A stretch of DNA of 64,000 nucleotides from Microbacteriaceae bacterium (GTDB taxonomy: Bacteria > Actinomycetota > Actinomycetes > Actinomycetales > Microbacteriaceae), in assembly GCA_030841285.1 (NCBI GenBank), contig JAVECW010000071.1:1176-65175 (forward strand), read 5' to 3'. Of the stretch, positions 1 to 9,231 are shown one piece after another. The notes beneath the pieces are model-generated. The model ran no database searches, was not told where the DNA came from, and saw nothing but the letters and a program-made list of their open reading frames with translations. The translations under genes were made by a program, and so were the position numbers. Positions within the stretch are counted from its first letter, which is position 1. The number at the start of each line of letters is the position of its first letter.

Positions 1-1
1 C

Positions 2-463
2 GTGATCGTCTTGATCGCGCTAGGAACGACCGACCTGCTCTTCGCCCTCGATTCGATTCCGGCGATCTTCGGAATCACCACGAGCCCCTTCATCGTCTTC
101 ACGGCGAACATCTTCGCGCTCATGGGCCTGCGTCAGCTCTACTTCCTGCTCGGGCACCTGCTCGAACGCCTCGCGTACCTCAAGTACGGCATCGCCCTCA
201 TCCTCGGATTTATCGGTGTCAAGCTCGTCTTCCACGCCATGCACACGAACGAGGTGCCCTTCCTCAACGGAGGCCACCCGATCGAGTGGGCGCCCGAGAT
301 CGATACCTGGACCTCCCTCGCGGTCATCGTCGCGACGATGGTCATCGCCACGATCGCGAGCCTGGTGAAGATGCGCGTCGAGGGGAGACGCATCATCGAG
401 GAATCGGATCACGCGGGATTCGGCTCTACCGAGCGCCAACCGTCTCGAACCGGCGATTCCTGA
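2..463 (+). CDS. TerC-family integral membrane protein, C-terminal fragment (5' end outside window)
   Basis: ORF is open at the window edge. Multi-helix hydrophobic sequence with TerC-like stretches (DLLFALDSIPAIFGIT, FTANIFALMGLRQLYF). Stop at 461-463. Confidence 0.8.
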   Translation: MIVLIALGTTDLLFALDSIPAIFGITTSPFIVFTANIFALMGLRQLYFLLGHLLERLAYLKYGIALILGFIGVKLVFHAMHTNEVPFLNGGHPIEWAPEIDTWTSLAVIVATMVIATIASLVKMRVEGRRIIEESDHAGFGSTERQPSRTGDS

Positions 464-534
464 TCGAATGCTGAGCGGGGCTGACCCCGGTGATAAACTC
501 CATTTGTGCGGTTTGGTTTGCTTCTTCTTAGCTG

Positions 535-573
535 CCGCGACGAGTCCTAATCTGAAGGCCTCACTCGTCGCGG
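535..573 (+). terminator. Perfect 11-bp stem / 17-nt loop hairpin between terC-like gene and leuC (terminator or attenuator candidate)
   Basis: CCGCGACGAGT (535-545) is the exact reverse complement of ACTCGTCGCGG (563-573). Only a weak T tract (AGTTTG) follows. A T-rich tract lies just upstream (503-530). Confidence 0.35.
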
Positions 574-618
574 AGTTTGCCGTTGGCTGACCACCATGCA
601 ACTGAGGAGAACCCCCCT

Positions 619-2094
619 ATGAGCACTACAAACGATTCGGCGCGCTCGCCGCGCACTCTGGCAGAGAAGGTCTGGGAGGACCACCTCGTCGCCAAGGGCG
701 AGGACGGAGCCCCCGACCTCATCTACATCGACCTGCACCTCGTGCACGAAGTCACGAGTCCGCAAGCCTTCGACGGGCTGCGGATGGCCGGCCGGCCGGT
801 CCGCCGTCCGGACCTGACGATCGCGACCGAGGATCACAACACGCCGACCCTCGCCATCGACAAGCCCATCGTCGATCTCACGAGCCGCACCCAGATCGAC
901 ACGCTTCGCAAGAATGCCCAGGAATTCGGCATCCGCCTGCATTCGCTTGGTGACATCGAGCAGGGCATCGTGCACGTGGTCGGACCTCAGCTCGGCCTGA
1001 CGATGCCCGGCATCACCGTCGTCTGCGGTGACTCGCACACATCGACCCACGGAGCCTTCGGCGCCATGGCGATCGGCATCGGCACGAGCGAGGTCGAGCA
1101 CGTCCTGGCGACCCAGACCCTGCCCCTCAAGCCGTTCAAGACCATGGCCATCACGGTCGAAGGCGCGCTGCGTCCCGGAGTGTCATCCAAGGACATCATC
1201 CTGGCCGTCATCGCGAAGATCGGCACCGGCGGCGGTCAGGGCTACGTGCTCGAGTACCGCGGCAGCGCCATCCGTGCGCTCTCGATGGAGGGCCGCATGA
1301 CGATCTGCAACATGTCGATCGAGGCGGGCGCCCGAGCCGGCATGGTCGCGCCGGACGAGACGACGTACGCGTATCTCAAGGGTCGGCCGCACGCGCCGCA
1401 TGGCCAGGACTGGGATGACGCCGTCGCGTACTGGAACACCCTCGCTACCGACGATGACGCCGTCTTCGATGCCGAGGTCTTCCTTGACGCGAACGAGCTC
1501 GAGCCCTTCGTGACCTGGGGCACCAACCCCGGCCAGGGCGTTTCGCTCTCGGATGTCGTGCCGAACCCTACCGCGATCGCCGACGCGAACGAGCGTTCGG
1601 CCGCAGAGCGAGCACTCCAGTACATGGACATCGAGGCCGGCACGCGAATGAAGGACATCGCGGTCGACGCCGTCTTCATGGGCTCGTGCACCAACAGCCG
1701 CATCGAAGACCTGCGTGCCTTCGCCGCCGTCATCAAGGGCCACAAGAAGGCCGATGGCGTGCGCGTCATGGTCGTCCCGGGGTCCGCTCGCGTGCGCATC
1801 GAGGCCGAGGCCGAGGGGATCGACAAGATCGTCACCGACTTCGGAGCCGAGTGGCGATTCGCCGGATGCTCGATGTGCCTCGGCATGAATCCGGACCAGC
1901 TCGCACCAGGGGAGCGCTGCGCCTCGACGAGCAACCGCAACTTCGAAGGTCGCCAGGGTAAGGGTGGCCGAACCCACCTCGTCTCGCCCGTCGTGGCAGC
2001 GGCGACCGCGATCCGCGGCACGCTCTCGAGTCCATGGGATCTCGAGAACACGCCTGACGGGCAGCCCACGACCGACGCGAAGGTGAGCGCCTGA
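619..2094 (+). CDS. leuC: 3-isopropylmalate dehydratase large subunit
   Basis: ORF 577-2094. ATG at 619 is preceded by GAGGAGA. Aconitase-family motifs are present ([39 protein letters not shown]). Confidence 0.95.
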   Translation: MSTTNDSARSPRTLAEKVWEDHLVAKGEDGAPDLIYIDLHLVHEVTSPQAFDGLRMAGRPVRRPDLTIATEDHNTPTLAIDKPIVDLTSRTQIDTLRKNAQEFGIRLHSLGDIEQGIVHVVGPQLGLTMPGITVVCGDSHTSTHGAFGAMAIGIGTSEVEHVLATQTLPLKPFKTMAITVEGALRPGVSSKDIILAVIAKIGTGGGQGYVLEYRGSAIRALSMEGRMTICNMSIEAGARAGMVAPDETTYAYLKGRPHAPHGQDWDDAVAYWNTLATDDDAVFDAEVFLDANELEPFVTWGTNPGQGVSLSDVVPNPTAIADANERSAAERALQYMDIEAGTRMKDIAVDAVFMGSCTNSRIEDLRAFAAVIKGHKKADGVRVMVVPGSARVRIEAEAEGIDKIVTDFGAEWRFAGCSMCLGMNPDQLAPGERCASTSNRNFEGRQGKGGRTHLVSPVVAAATAIRGTLSSPWDLENTPDGQPTTDAKVSA

Positions 2095-2696
2095 TGGAAA
2101 AGATCTCGACCCTGACGGGTGTGGCCGTCCCGATGCGCCGCTCGAACGTCGACACCGACCAGATCATCCCGGCGGTGTTCCTGCGGCGCGTGACCAAGAC
2201 GGGCTACGAGGACGCCCTGTTCCATGCCTGGCGCCAGGATCCCGATTTCGTGCTCAACCAGGAACCATACAAGGCAGGCAAGATCCTGATCGCCGGGACG
2301 GATTTCGGCATCGGCTCGTCGCGTGAGCACGCCGTCTGGGCGCTGCGTGACTATGGCTTTTCGGCCGTCCTGAGCCCTCGCTTCGGCGACATCTTCCGCG
2401 GCAACTCCGGCAAGGCGGGCTTCCTCGCCGGCCAGATCAGCGAAGCCGATGCCGAGAAGCTGTGGGCTGCGATCGAGGCGAACCCGGGAATAGAGGCCAC
2501 GGTCGATCTGGTTGCTCGTACTGCACGTGTCGGCGAGCTGTCGGTTTCCTTTGAGATCGATGATTACACTAGGTGGCGATTGCTCGAAGGCCTGGACGAT
2601 ATTGGTTTGACACTGCGCGATGAGGAGCGCATCACAGAATTCGAAGCCCGTCGAGAAAGCTGGCGGCCCAAGACGTTACCGGTGAAAACTCAGTGA
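2094..2696 (+). CDS. leuD: 3-isopropylmalate dehydratase small subunit
   Basis: ATG shares a base with the leuC stop (TGATG). Small-subunit sequence ([17 protein letters not shown]), 200 aa. Confidence 0.95.
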   Translation: MEKISTLTGVAVPMRRSNVDTDQIIPAVFLRRVTKTGYEDALFHAWRQDPDFVLNQEPYKAGKILIAGTDFGIGSSREHAVWALRDYGFSAVLSPRFGDIFRGNSGKAGFLAGQISEADAEKLWAAIEANPGIEATVDLVARTARVGELSVSFEIDDYTRWRLLEGLDDIGLTLRDEERITEFEARRESWRPKTLPVKTQ

Positions 2697-4063
2697 ACTC
2701 ACTTCTTCAGGATGCAAAGGCCGCGGGGGCTTCGGTTGGGCTCAAGGGCGATCGAATCACAATCAATGGCGGGATTCCGCTGCGCGGTCGCATCGAGCTG
2801 AAGGGCGCGAAGAACCTCGTCACCAAGGCCATGGTGGCGGCGCTCCTCGGTGAGACGCCGAGCGTCCTGCGCGACGTGCCCGACATCAGCGACGTCCGTG
2901 TGGTGCGTGGTTTGCTCGAGATCCACGGCGTCAAAGTGACGGATGGCGCAGACATTGGCGAGCTCCACCTCGACCCGAGCAACGTCGAGAGCGCGCACAT
3001 GACGGACATCGACGCGCACGCCGGCTCCAGCCGCATCCCGATCCTGTTCTGTGGACCTCTCCTGCACCGCATCGGCGAGGCCTTCATTCCCGACCTCGGC
3101 GGATGCCGGATTGGTGACCGCCCGATCGACTACCACCTCGAGGTGCTGCGCAAGTTCGGTGCCGTCGTCCAGAAGCTGCCAAGCGGCATCCGGATGTCGG
3201 CTCCGAACGGGCTCACCGGCGCCAAGGTCGAGCTACCGTACCCGAGTGTCGGGGCGACCGAACAGGTGCTGCTGACGGCCGTGCGCGCCGAGGGCATCAC
3301 GGAGCTCAAGGGTGCCGCGATCGAGCCCGAGATCATGGATCTCATCAACATCCTGCAGAAGATGGGTGCGATCATCACGGTCGACACCGATCGCGTGATC
3401 CGGGTCGAGGGCGTAGACAAGCTCGAGGGCTTCACGCATAAGGCGTTGTTCGACCGCAACGAGGCCGCGAGCTGGGCGGCGGCTGCACTTGCGACCGACG
3501 GCGATATCTTCGTCGGTGGCGCGCGACAGGCCGAGATGCTCACCTTCCTCAACGTGTTCCGCAAGGTTGGCGGCGCGTTCGAGATTCACGACGACGGCAT
3601 CCGCTTCTATCACCCGGGCGGCGAGCTCAAGCCCGTCGTGATCGAGACGGATGTCCACCCCGGCTTCATGACGGACTGGCAGCAGCCGCTCGTCGTCGCG
3701 CTCACCAAGGCGCAGGGCGTTTCGATCGTGCACGAGACCGTGTACGAGCAGCGTTTCGGCTTCGTCGACGCGCTCGTGGAGATGGGGGCGACGATCCAGA
3801 TCCACAAGGAGTGCCTCGGCGGACACCCGTGCCGCTTCGGCCAGCGCAACTTCAACCACTCGGCGGTCATCACTGGGCCGAGCGTGCTGCACGGCGCAAA
3901 GATCGTGGTTCCAGACCTTCGTGGCGGCTTCAGCCATCTCATCGCGGCCCTGAGCGCGAACGGAACGTCGACCGTCAGCAACGTCGGAATTATCAGCCGC
4001 GGCTACGAGAACTTCATCACCAAGCTTGAGCAGTTGGGGGCTGACTTCGTTCTCGAAGGATAA
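2693..4063 (+). CDS. murA: UDP-N-acetylglucosamine 1-carboxyvinyltransferase
   Basis: GTG overlaps the leuD stop (GTGA). 456 aa with [16 protein letters not shown] and active-site loop [12 protein letters not shown]. Confidence 0.93.
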   Translation: MNSLLQDAKAAGASVGLKGDRITINGGIPLRGRIELKGAKNLVTKAMVAALLGETPSVLRDVPDISDVRVVRGLLEIHGVKVTDGADIGELHLDPSNVESAHMTDIDAHAGSSRIPILFCGPLLHRIGEAFIPDLGGCRIGDRPIDYHLEVLRKFGAVVQKLPSGIRMSAPNGLTGAKVELPYPSVGATEQVLLTAVRAEGITELKGAAIEPEIMDLINILQKMGAIITVDTDRVIRVEGVDKLEGFTHKALFDRNEAASWAAAALATDGDIFVGGARQAEMLTFLNVFRKVGGAFEIHDDGIRFYHPGGELKPVVIETDVHPGFMTDWQQPLVVALTKAQGVSIVHETVYEQRFGFVDALVEMGATIQIHKECLGGHPCRFGQRNFNHSAVITGPSVLHGAKIVVPDLRGGFSHLIAALSANGTSTVSNVGIISRGYENFITKLEQLGADFVLEG

Positions 4064-4070
4064 TAGCGTC

Positions 4071-4847
4071 GTGCCCAATACTCCTTCAGAGCAGAAGCCC
4101 TCGCGCATGCCTTCCGAGAAGTCGCGTCCATCGATCTTTTGGGTGCTTGCGTCGATCGCGCTTCCGATCCTCGCGGTCATCACACGCTTCAAGGTCACGG
4201 ACGGCCATAAGTTGCCGCGCACGGGCGCATACGTGCTCGCGCCGAACCATTACAGCGAGATCGACCCGGTGATCATCGGCGCCATCACGTGGAAGCTCGG
4301 TCGCATCCCGCGCTTCCTCGCGAAGGGCAGCCTGTTCCGCGTCCCCGTCGTCGGCTGGATCCTGCGCAGGTCGGGCCAGATCCCGGTCGAGCGGGCTGGC
4401 ACCTCTCGCAGCAATGAGCCGTTGCGCGCTGCGGAGGCGCTCGTCGAGAACGGCGGCGTCATCATCATCTATCCGGAGGGTTCGCTCACCCGCGATCCGG
4501 ACATGTGGCCGATGCGCGGCAAGACCGGCGCCGCCCGCATGGCCCTCGAGCACGACATCCCGGTCATCCCGATCGCGCATTGGGGAACGCAGGACGTGAT
4601 GGCGCGCTACTCGAAGAAGATCAGCTTCTTCCCCCGAAAGACGATCACGGTCAAGGTCGGCGATCCCGTCGACCTGTCGGGTTTTCGCGGGCGCAGCCTC
4701 GACCTGGCAACGCTCAACGAGGCGACATCCGTCATCATGACGAGCATCACTGCGCTGCTGGAGGATCTTCGCTGTGAGCAGGCTCCAGCCGTGCGCTGGA
4801 ATCCGGCCCAACACGACCAGAAGGAGACGGGCCGCTTTGAAGCCTAA
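4071..4847 (+). CDS. 1-acyl-sn-glycerol-3-phosphate acyltransferase family protein
   Basis: ORF 4026-4847. GTG 4071 is the first in-frame start after the murA stop (alternative ATG at 4107). HX4D motif (NHYSEID) and PEG motif (IYPEGSLTR). Confidence 0.8.
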   Translation: MPNTPSEQKPSRMPSEKSRPSIFWVLASIALPILAVITRFKVTDGHKLPRTGAYVLAPNHYSEIDPVIIGAITWKLGRIPRFLAKGSLFRVPVVGWILRRSGQIPVERAGTSRSNEPLRAAEALVENGGVIIIYPEGSLTRDPDMWPMRGKTGAARMALEHDIPVIPIAHWGTQDVMARYSKKISFFPRKTITVKVGDPVDLSGFRGRSLDLATLNEATSVIMTSITALLEDLRCEQAPAVRWNPAQHDQKETGRFEA

Positions 4848-5982
4848 GAGCGCCGAGCCGCGTCGTCTGGCCGCACCACGTCGTGTGGCCGTGCTGGGCG
4901 CGGGCAGTTGGGGCACCACGTTTGCCAAGGTCCTTGCCGATGGCGGTTCGGATGTCACCCTCTGGGCCAGGCGTCCCGAGCTCGCTCGCGAGATCAATGA
5001 GGCCAGGCGAAACAGCGACTACCTGCCCGGCATCAACCTGCCGCGCACCTTGAGCGCGACATCCCGGCTTGCTGAGGCGCTCGAGGGTGCCGAGCAGGTC
5101 TTCATCTCGATCCCGAGCCAGTCGCTGCGAGAGAACCTGGGTGCGATCGCGCCATCTCTGACAGACACGACCATCGTCGTGAGTCTCATGAAGGGTGTCG
5201 AACTCGGCACGGGGATGCGCATGAGCGAGGTGATCGCCCAGGAGCTGCCGATCGATCCAGAGCGCATTGCCGTGACCTCCGGCCCCAACCTGGCCCTGGA
5301 GATCGCCAGGGAACAGCCGACGGCCGCCGTCGTCTCCTCGCAGAGCCTCGAGACCGCACAGGTCGTTGCACTTGCAGCGACCAACCGGTACTTCCGGTGC
5401 TTCGTCAACACCGACGTGATCGGTACGGAGTTCGGCGGAGTCCTCAAGAACCTCATCGCCGTGGCGATCGGCATCGTCGACGGCGTCGGGTACGGCGAGA
5501 ACACCAAGGCGTCGATCATCACGCGCGGCCTCAGCGAGATGACGGACTTCTCCGTCGCGTACGGCGCTCAGGCCGAGACCCTGTCCGGGCTCGCGGGCCT
5601 CGGTGACCTCATCGCGACGTGTGAATCCTCCCTCTCACGCAACAACACGGCCGGCCGGCTCCTCGGCCAGGGCTACAGCTTTGCGGATGTCGTCAAGCAG
5701 ATGAACCAGACCGCGGAGGGCCTCGCATCCGTTGCTCCGGTTCTCGCTCTCGCGGAGGCCAAGGGTGTCGAGATGCCTATCGTCCGCCAGGTGAGCCAGG
5801 TGTTGGCAGGTACGCTCGAGCCGAAGGACATTGCCCCGCACCTCACCACCAATTCGGACGAACCCCAGGGTGAAAGGACCACGGATGACGGACAAACTCG
5901 TAGTCGCTCTGCTGTTTGGCGGTCGCTCAAGCGAACATTCGATCAGCTGCGCAACGGCGGGGGGAGTGCTCGCGGCCATTGA
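4837..5982 (+). CDS. gpsA: NAD(P)H-dependent glycerol-3-phosphate dehydrogenase
   Basis: ORF 4774-5982. TTG 4837 follows AGGAGA and overlaps the upstream stop. Rossmann motif VAVLGAGSWGTT. GpsA-like throughout. The last ~33 codons overlap ddl. Confidence 0.85.
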   Translation: MKPKSAEPRRLAAPRRVAVLGAGSWGTTFAKVLADGGSDVTLWARRPELAREINEARRNSDYLPGINLPRTLSATSRLAEALEGAEQVFISIPSQSLRENLGAIAPSLTDTTIVVSLMKGVELGTGMRMSEVIAQELPIDPERIAVTSGPNLALEIAREQPTAAVVSSQSLETAQVVALAATNRYFRCFVNTDVIGTEFGGVLKNLIAVAIGIVDGVGYGENTKASIITRGLSEMTDFSVAYGAQAETLSGLAGLGDLIATCESSLSRNNTAGRLLGQGYSFADVVKQMNQTAEGLASVAPVLALAEAKGVEMPIVRQVSQVLAGTLEPKDIAPHLTTNSDEPQGERTTDDGQTRSRSAVWRSLKRTFDQLRNGGGSARGH

Positions 5983-6994
5983 CCGCGACCGCTACGACGT
6001 CATCCCGATCGGCATCACGCGCGAGGGAGCGTTCACGCTCCAGCACGACGACGCCGCGGAGTTCGCGCTCAACGCGGATGCCATGCCAGAGGTGCTCGAC
6101 AACGGCACACGCGTGCGGTGGCCGGAGAGCTCGGCCTCGCGTGAGCTGACAGTTGTGGATGCCGACGGCACCGTTCGCTCGCTGGGCGCCGTCGACGTCG
6201 TATTCCCGATCCTGCATGGCCCATGGGGCGAGGACGGCACGGTGCAGGGCATGCTCGAACTCGTCGACCTGCCGTACGTCGGTAGCGGTGTTCTCGCGAG
6301 TGCGCTCGGCATGGACAAGCACTTCACCAAGACCGTTCTCCAGCAGGTCGGGATTCCCGTCGCGCCCTGGAACACCGTGACGTCATACGAGTGGCGCGCG
6401 AATCCCGCGTCCATTCGCAAGGCGGCGCTCGAACTGGGCTTGCCGGTGTTCGTCAAACCCGCACGCGCGGGGTCGAGCGTCGGAGTGAGCAAGGTCAGTT
6501 CGTCCGGCGAACTCGACGCAGCCATCGAGCTGGCATTCGCGGAAGACGACAAGGTGCTGATCGAGGCCGGACTTATCGGCCGTGAGGTCGAGGTCGCCGT
6601 GCTCGGCGGTCGCCCGGGTGAGCCCACCCGCGCATCCGTCGCCGGCGAGATCGTCGTCAGCGGTCGAGACTTCTACGACTTCGACGCCAAGTACCTCGAC
6701 GCGCCGGGGATCGATCTCGTCTGCCCGGCCGACCTGAGCCCTCAGGAACTCGCGACCATCCAGTCGCTCGCGATCCGCGCATTCGACGCGATCGGGGGCG
6801 AGGGTCTGGCACGCGTCGATTTCTTCCTCACGGCGCAGGGTTTCGTCGTCAACGAACTCAACACGATGCCGGGCTTCACGCCGATCTCGATGTTCCCGAA
6901 GTGCTGGCAGGCGAGCGGACTCAGCTACCCCGCGCTGATCGACGAACTGATCGACGTCGCCCTCGCACGCTCGGCCTTCCTGCTCGTCGAGTAG
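5885..6994 (+). CDS. ddl: D-alanine--D-alanine ligase
   Basis: ORF 5831-6994. ATG 5885 follows GAAAGGA. Motifs LFGGRSSEHSIS, HGPWGEDGTVQG and ATP-grasp C-terminus NELNTMPGFT. Confidence 0.93.
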   Translation: MTDKLVVALLFGGRSSEHSISCATAGGVLAAIDRDRYDVIPIGITREGAFTLQHDDAAEFALNADAMPEVLDNGTRVRWPESSASRELTVVDADGTVRSLGAVDVVFPILHGPWGEDGTVQGMLELVDLPYVGSGVLASALGMDKHFTKTVLQQVGIPVAPWNTVTSYEWRANPASIRKAALELGLPVFVKPARAGSSVGVSKVSSSGELDAAIELAFAEDDKVLIEAGLIGREVEVAVLGGRPGEPTRASVAGEIVVSGRDFYDFDAKYLDAPGIDLVCPADLSPQELATIQSLAIRAFDAIGGEGLARVDFFLTAQGFVVNELNTMPGFTPISMFPKCWQASGLSYPALIDELIDVALARSAFLLVE

Positions 6995-7024
6995 CGAGAA
7001 GCGCCGACGCGTGAGGCGTCGCGC

Positions 7025-7564
7025 CTACGGTGTGGGCGTTGGAGTGGGGATTGCCGTAGGCGTCGGCGCTGCCGTCGCCGTGCCGCCTGGGACGTCACTG
7101 AGCGCCAGGCACTTGCTCGTCTGGGGGATGACCGAAATCGCGGATGCGAGGTCTGGCAGCACGCTGGCATCCGAGACGCCACCCGCACCGTGATTGATGA
7201 TCACCTCGGTTGCCGGGACGCGGCCGAAGGTGATGTAACGAATGGTCGTGGCAGCCGGATCTCCTTCGAGCACCCAGTCAACGCCGTTCACGGTGACGCA
7301 GGGCTGCGTGGTCGGGCCGAGTGGGGGAACGCCGCAGCGTAGCAGGACGGTCGCGGGCGTGCCCCACGCGCCCGTTGCCTGCGCGTCCGTCTCGCGCTTG
7401 CCCTGCCCTGCGACGGTGTCCGGGAGGCGCACGCTGATCTGGGCGCAGCCGACGCTGCCTGCATTCGGTCCCGGGTCGAGTGAGACTGTGGGTGCGCATC
7501 CGCTCAATGACACGACGACCGAGGCGGCGATGAACGCCGAGATGGCGACGGGACGAGGAGACAT
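7025..7564 (-). CDS. DUF3515-like secreted lipoprotein
   Basis: ORF 7025-7921 trimmed to ATG 7564. Signal peptide plus lipobox (VVSLSGC). Its position between ddl and thiL is typical of actinobacterial DUF3515. Pro/Thr-rich C-terminal tail. Confidence 0.7.
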   Translation of the reverse strand: MSPRPVAISAFIAASVVVSLSGCAPTVSLDPGPNAGSVGCAQISVRLPDTVAGQGKRETDAQATGAWGTPATVLLRCGVPPLGPTTQPCVTVNGVDWVLEGDPAATTIRYITFGRVPATEVIINHGAGGVSDASVLPDLASAISVIPQTSKCLALSDVPGGTATAAPTPTAIPTPTPTP

Positions 7565-7588
7565 CGCATTCAGGCTACCGTTTGATGC

Positions 7589-8587
7589 ATGACGATGGCT
7601 GCGAGCGACGACTCGGTGACTCTTGCGAAACTCGCGGAACGTGAGACGCTGCGGCGCATCTTCCCTCGCCTGCCGGAATCCAGCGTCACGCTCATCGGAC
7701 CGGGCGACGACGCGGCCGTGCTCGCCGCGCCTGACGGTCGCTACGTCGTCACGACGGACATGATGATTCACGGGCCGGACTTTCGCTGGGCCTGGTCGCA
7801 GCCACGTGACCTCGGTTGGAAGGCCGCCGTCACCAACCTCGCGGATGTCGCCGCCATGGGCGCGCGGCCCACAGCGCTGGTCGTCGCCATCGCGGCCCCG
7901 AAGGCCACGCCCGTCGCGCACCTCGAATCCTTCGCCGATGGCATGCGCGACGCCTGCCTCGACCTCGCGCCCGGTTGCGGCGTGGTCGGCGGGGACCTCT
8001 CGGTCTCCGATACCTTCACGATCGCCGTGACGGCCTTCGGCGACCTGGAAGGCCGGGAGGCAGTCCTGCGTTCCGGTGCGCGGCCCGGAGATGTCGTCGC
8101 CGTGTCAGGCCCGCTCGGTGCCGCCGCGGCCGGCCTCCGCATGCTCTTCGAGCACGCCGTGGACTCGAGCGGCGAACCGGACGCACTGCTCGCGGCCGGT
8201 GTCCGTGAGGCGCATCGCACCGTCGTCGAGGCCCAGCTCAGGCCGCGGCCGCCCCTCGCGGACGGCATCGCCGCGGCGCTCGCCGGTGCGACGGCCATGC
8301 TCGACCTGAGCGATGGCCTTGCGCTGGATGCTCGCCGCGTCGCGGAGGCGAGCGGGGTCGCGATCGACCTCGAGGCATCCGCTCTCGGCGACGACCGCGT
8401 CCTCGCGCTCGACGGAGGCGAGGATCACAGCCTGTTCGCGAGCTTTCCCGCCGGGATCGTGCTACCCGGCGGCTTCCGGCGGATCGGCAAGGTCGTAGCG
8501 GGTGCTGGCTTGCTCGTCGACGGGGAGCCGTACAAGGCCGAGAGTGGCTGGGATCCGTACCGCGGCTGGGACGGCCACGTCGGCTGA
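7589..8587 (+). CDS. thiL: thiamine-monophosphate kinase
   Basis: 332 aa. AIR-synthase-like N-terminus (IGPGDDAAVL...VVTTDMMIHGPDFR). Typical synteny. Confidence 0.9.
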   Translation: MTMAASDDSVTLAKLAERETLRRIFPRLPESSVTLIGPGDDAAVLAAPDGRYVVTTDMMIHGPDFRWAWSQPRDLGWKAAVTNLADVAAMGARPTALVVAIAAPKATPVAHLESFADGMRDACLDLAPGCGVVGGDLSVSDTFTIAVTAFGDLEGREAVLRSGARPGDVVAVSGPLGAAAAGLRMLFEHAVDSSGEPDALLAAGVREAHRTVVEAQLRPRPPLADGIAAALAGATAMLDLSDGLALDARRVAEASGVAIDLEASALGDDRVLALDGGEDHSLFASFPAGIVLPGGFRRIGKVVAGAGLLVDGEPYKAESGWDPYRGWDGHVG

Positions 8588-8598
8588 GGCCGTAACGC

Positions 8599-9165
8599 TC
8601 AGCTCGTGCCGAGCCACCACACGGCGGTCTCGCCGTAGTCCTTGCGGCGGTCGGCCGTGAGTCCGGCCGGCCAGGGGGGTTCGGGGGAGCGGGCGCTGCG
8701 TTCGACGACCACGACGGCATCCGTTGACAGGCGCGGCACGAGCGCGGTCAGCGCCTGGGCCAGTTCATCATCCCCGAGGTCGTAAGGCGGATCGATGAAC
8801 ACAAGGTCGAAGGTTGCCGTTGACGCGCCGAGGAAGGCCTGCACGGGCGAAACCGCGACGTCGATGGTGAGCCCCCCTGCGGGTGGCGCAGCGCGCAGGA
8901 TGGCCGCGGCGTTCTTGCGACAGATCGCGCCGGCAGCCGCGTTCCGCTCGACGAGCGAGACGGTCGCAGCACCGCGGCTCGCGGCCTCGAGGCCGAGTGC
9001 GCCCGAACCCGCATACAAGTCGAGAACGCGAGCGCTCTCGATCAGGTCACGCGACTCCAGCGCGGAGAAGATGGCCTCGCGTACGCGATCGCTCGTGGGC
9101 CGCGTACCCGACTTGGGTACCGCGAGGGTGAGCGACCCGGCGAAGCCCGAAACGATCCTGGTCAT
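8599..9165 (-). CDS. rsmD: 16S rRNA (guanine966-N2)-methyltransferase
   Basis: ORF 8599-9942 trimmed to ATG 9165 (188 aa). Motifs TRPTSDRVREAIFS, SAM motif LDLYAGSGALGLEAASRG, and DPPY. Confidence 0.88.
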   Translation of the reverse strand: MTRIVSGFAGSLTLAVPKSGTRPTSDRVREAIFSALESRDLIESARVLDLYAGSGALGLEAASRGAATVSLVERNAAAGAICRKNAAAILRAAPPAGGLTIDVAVSPVQAFLGASTATFDLVFIDPPYDLGDDELAQALTALVPRLSTDAVVVVERSARSPEPPWPAGLTADRRKDYGETAVWWLGTS

Positions 9166-9231
9166 CGGGACAACGCTACCGCCCCGCGCGGAGCCAGCCT
9201 TGCTGTCTGCGCCCGGCCATAGAATCGCAGC

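Noticed and set aside
6995-7024. Bidirectional terminator between convergent ddl and the DUF3515 gene
   Set aside because: Only a 6-bp stem (CGACGC/GCGTCG) is present and there is no U tract. This is too weak to call.
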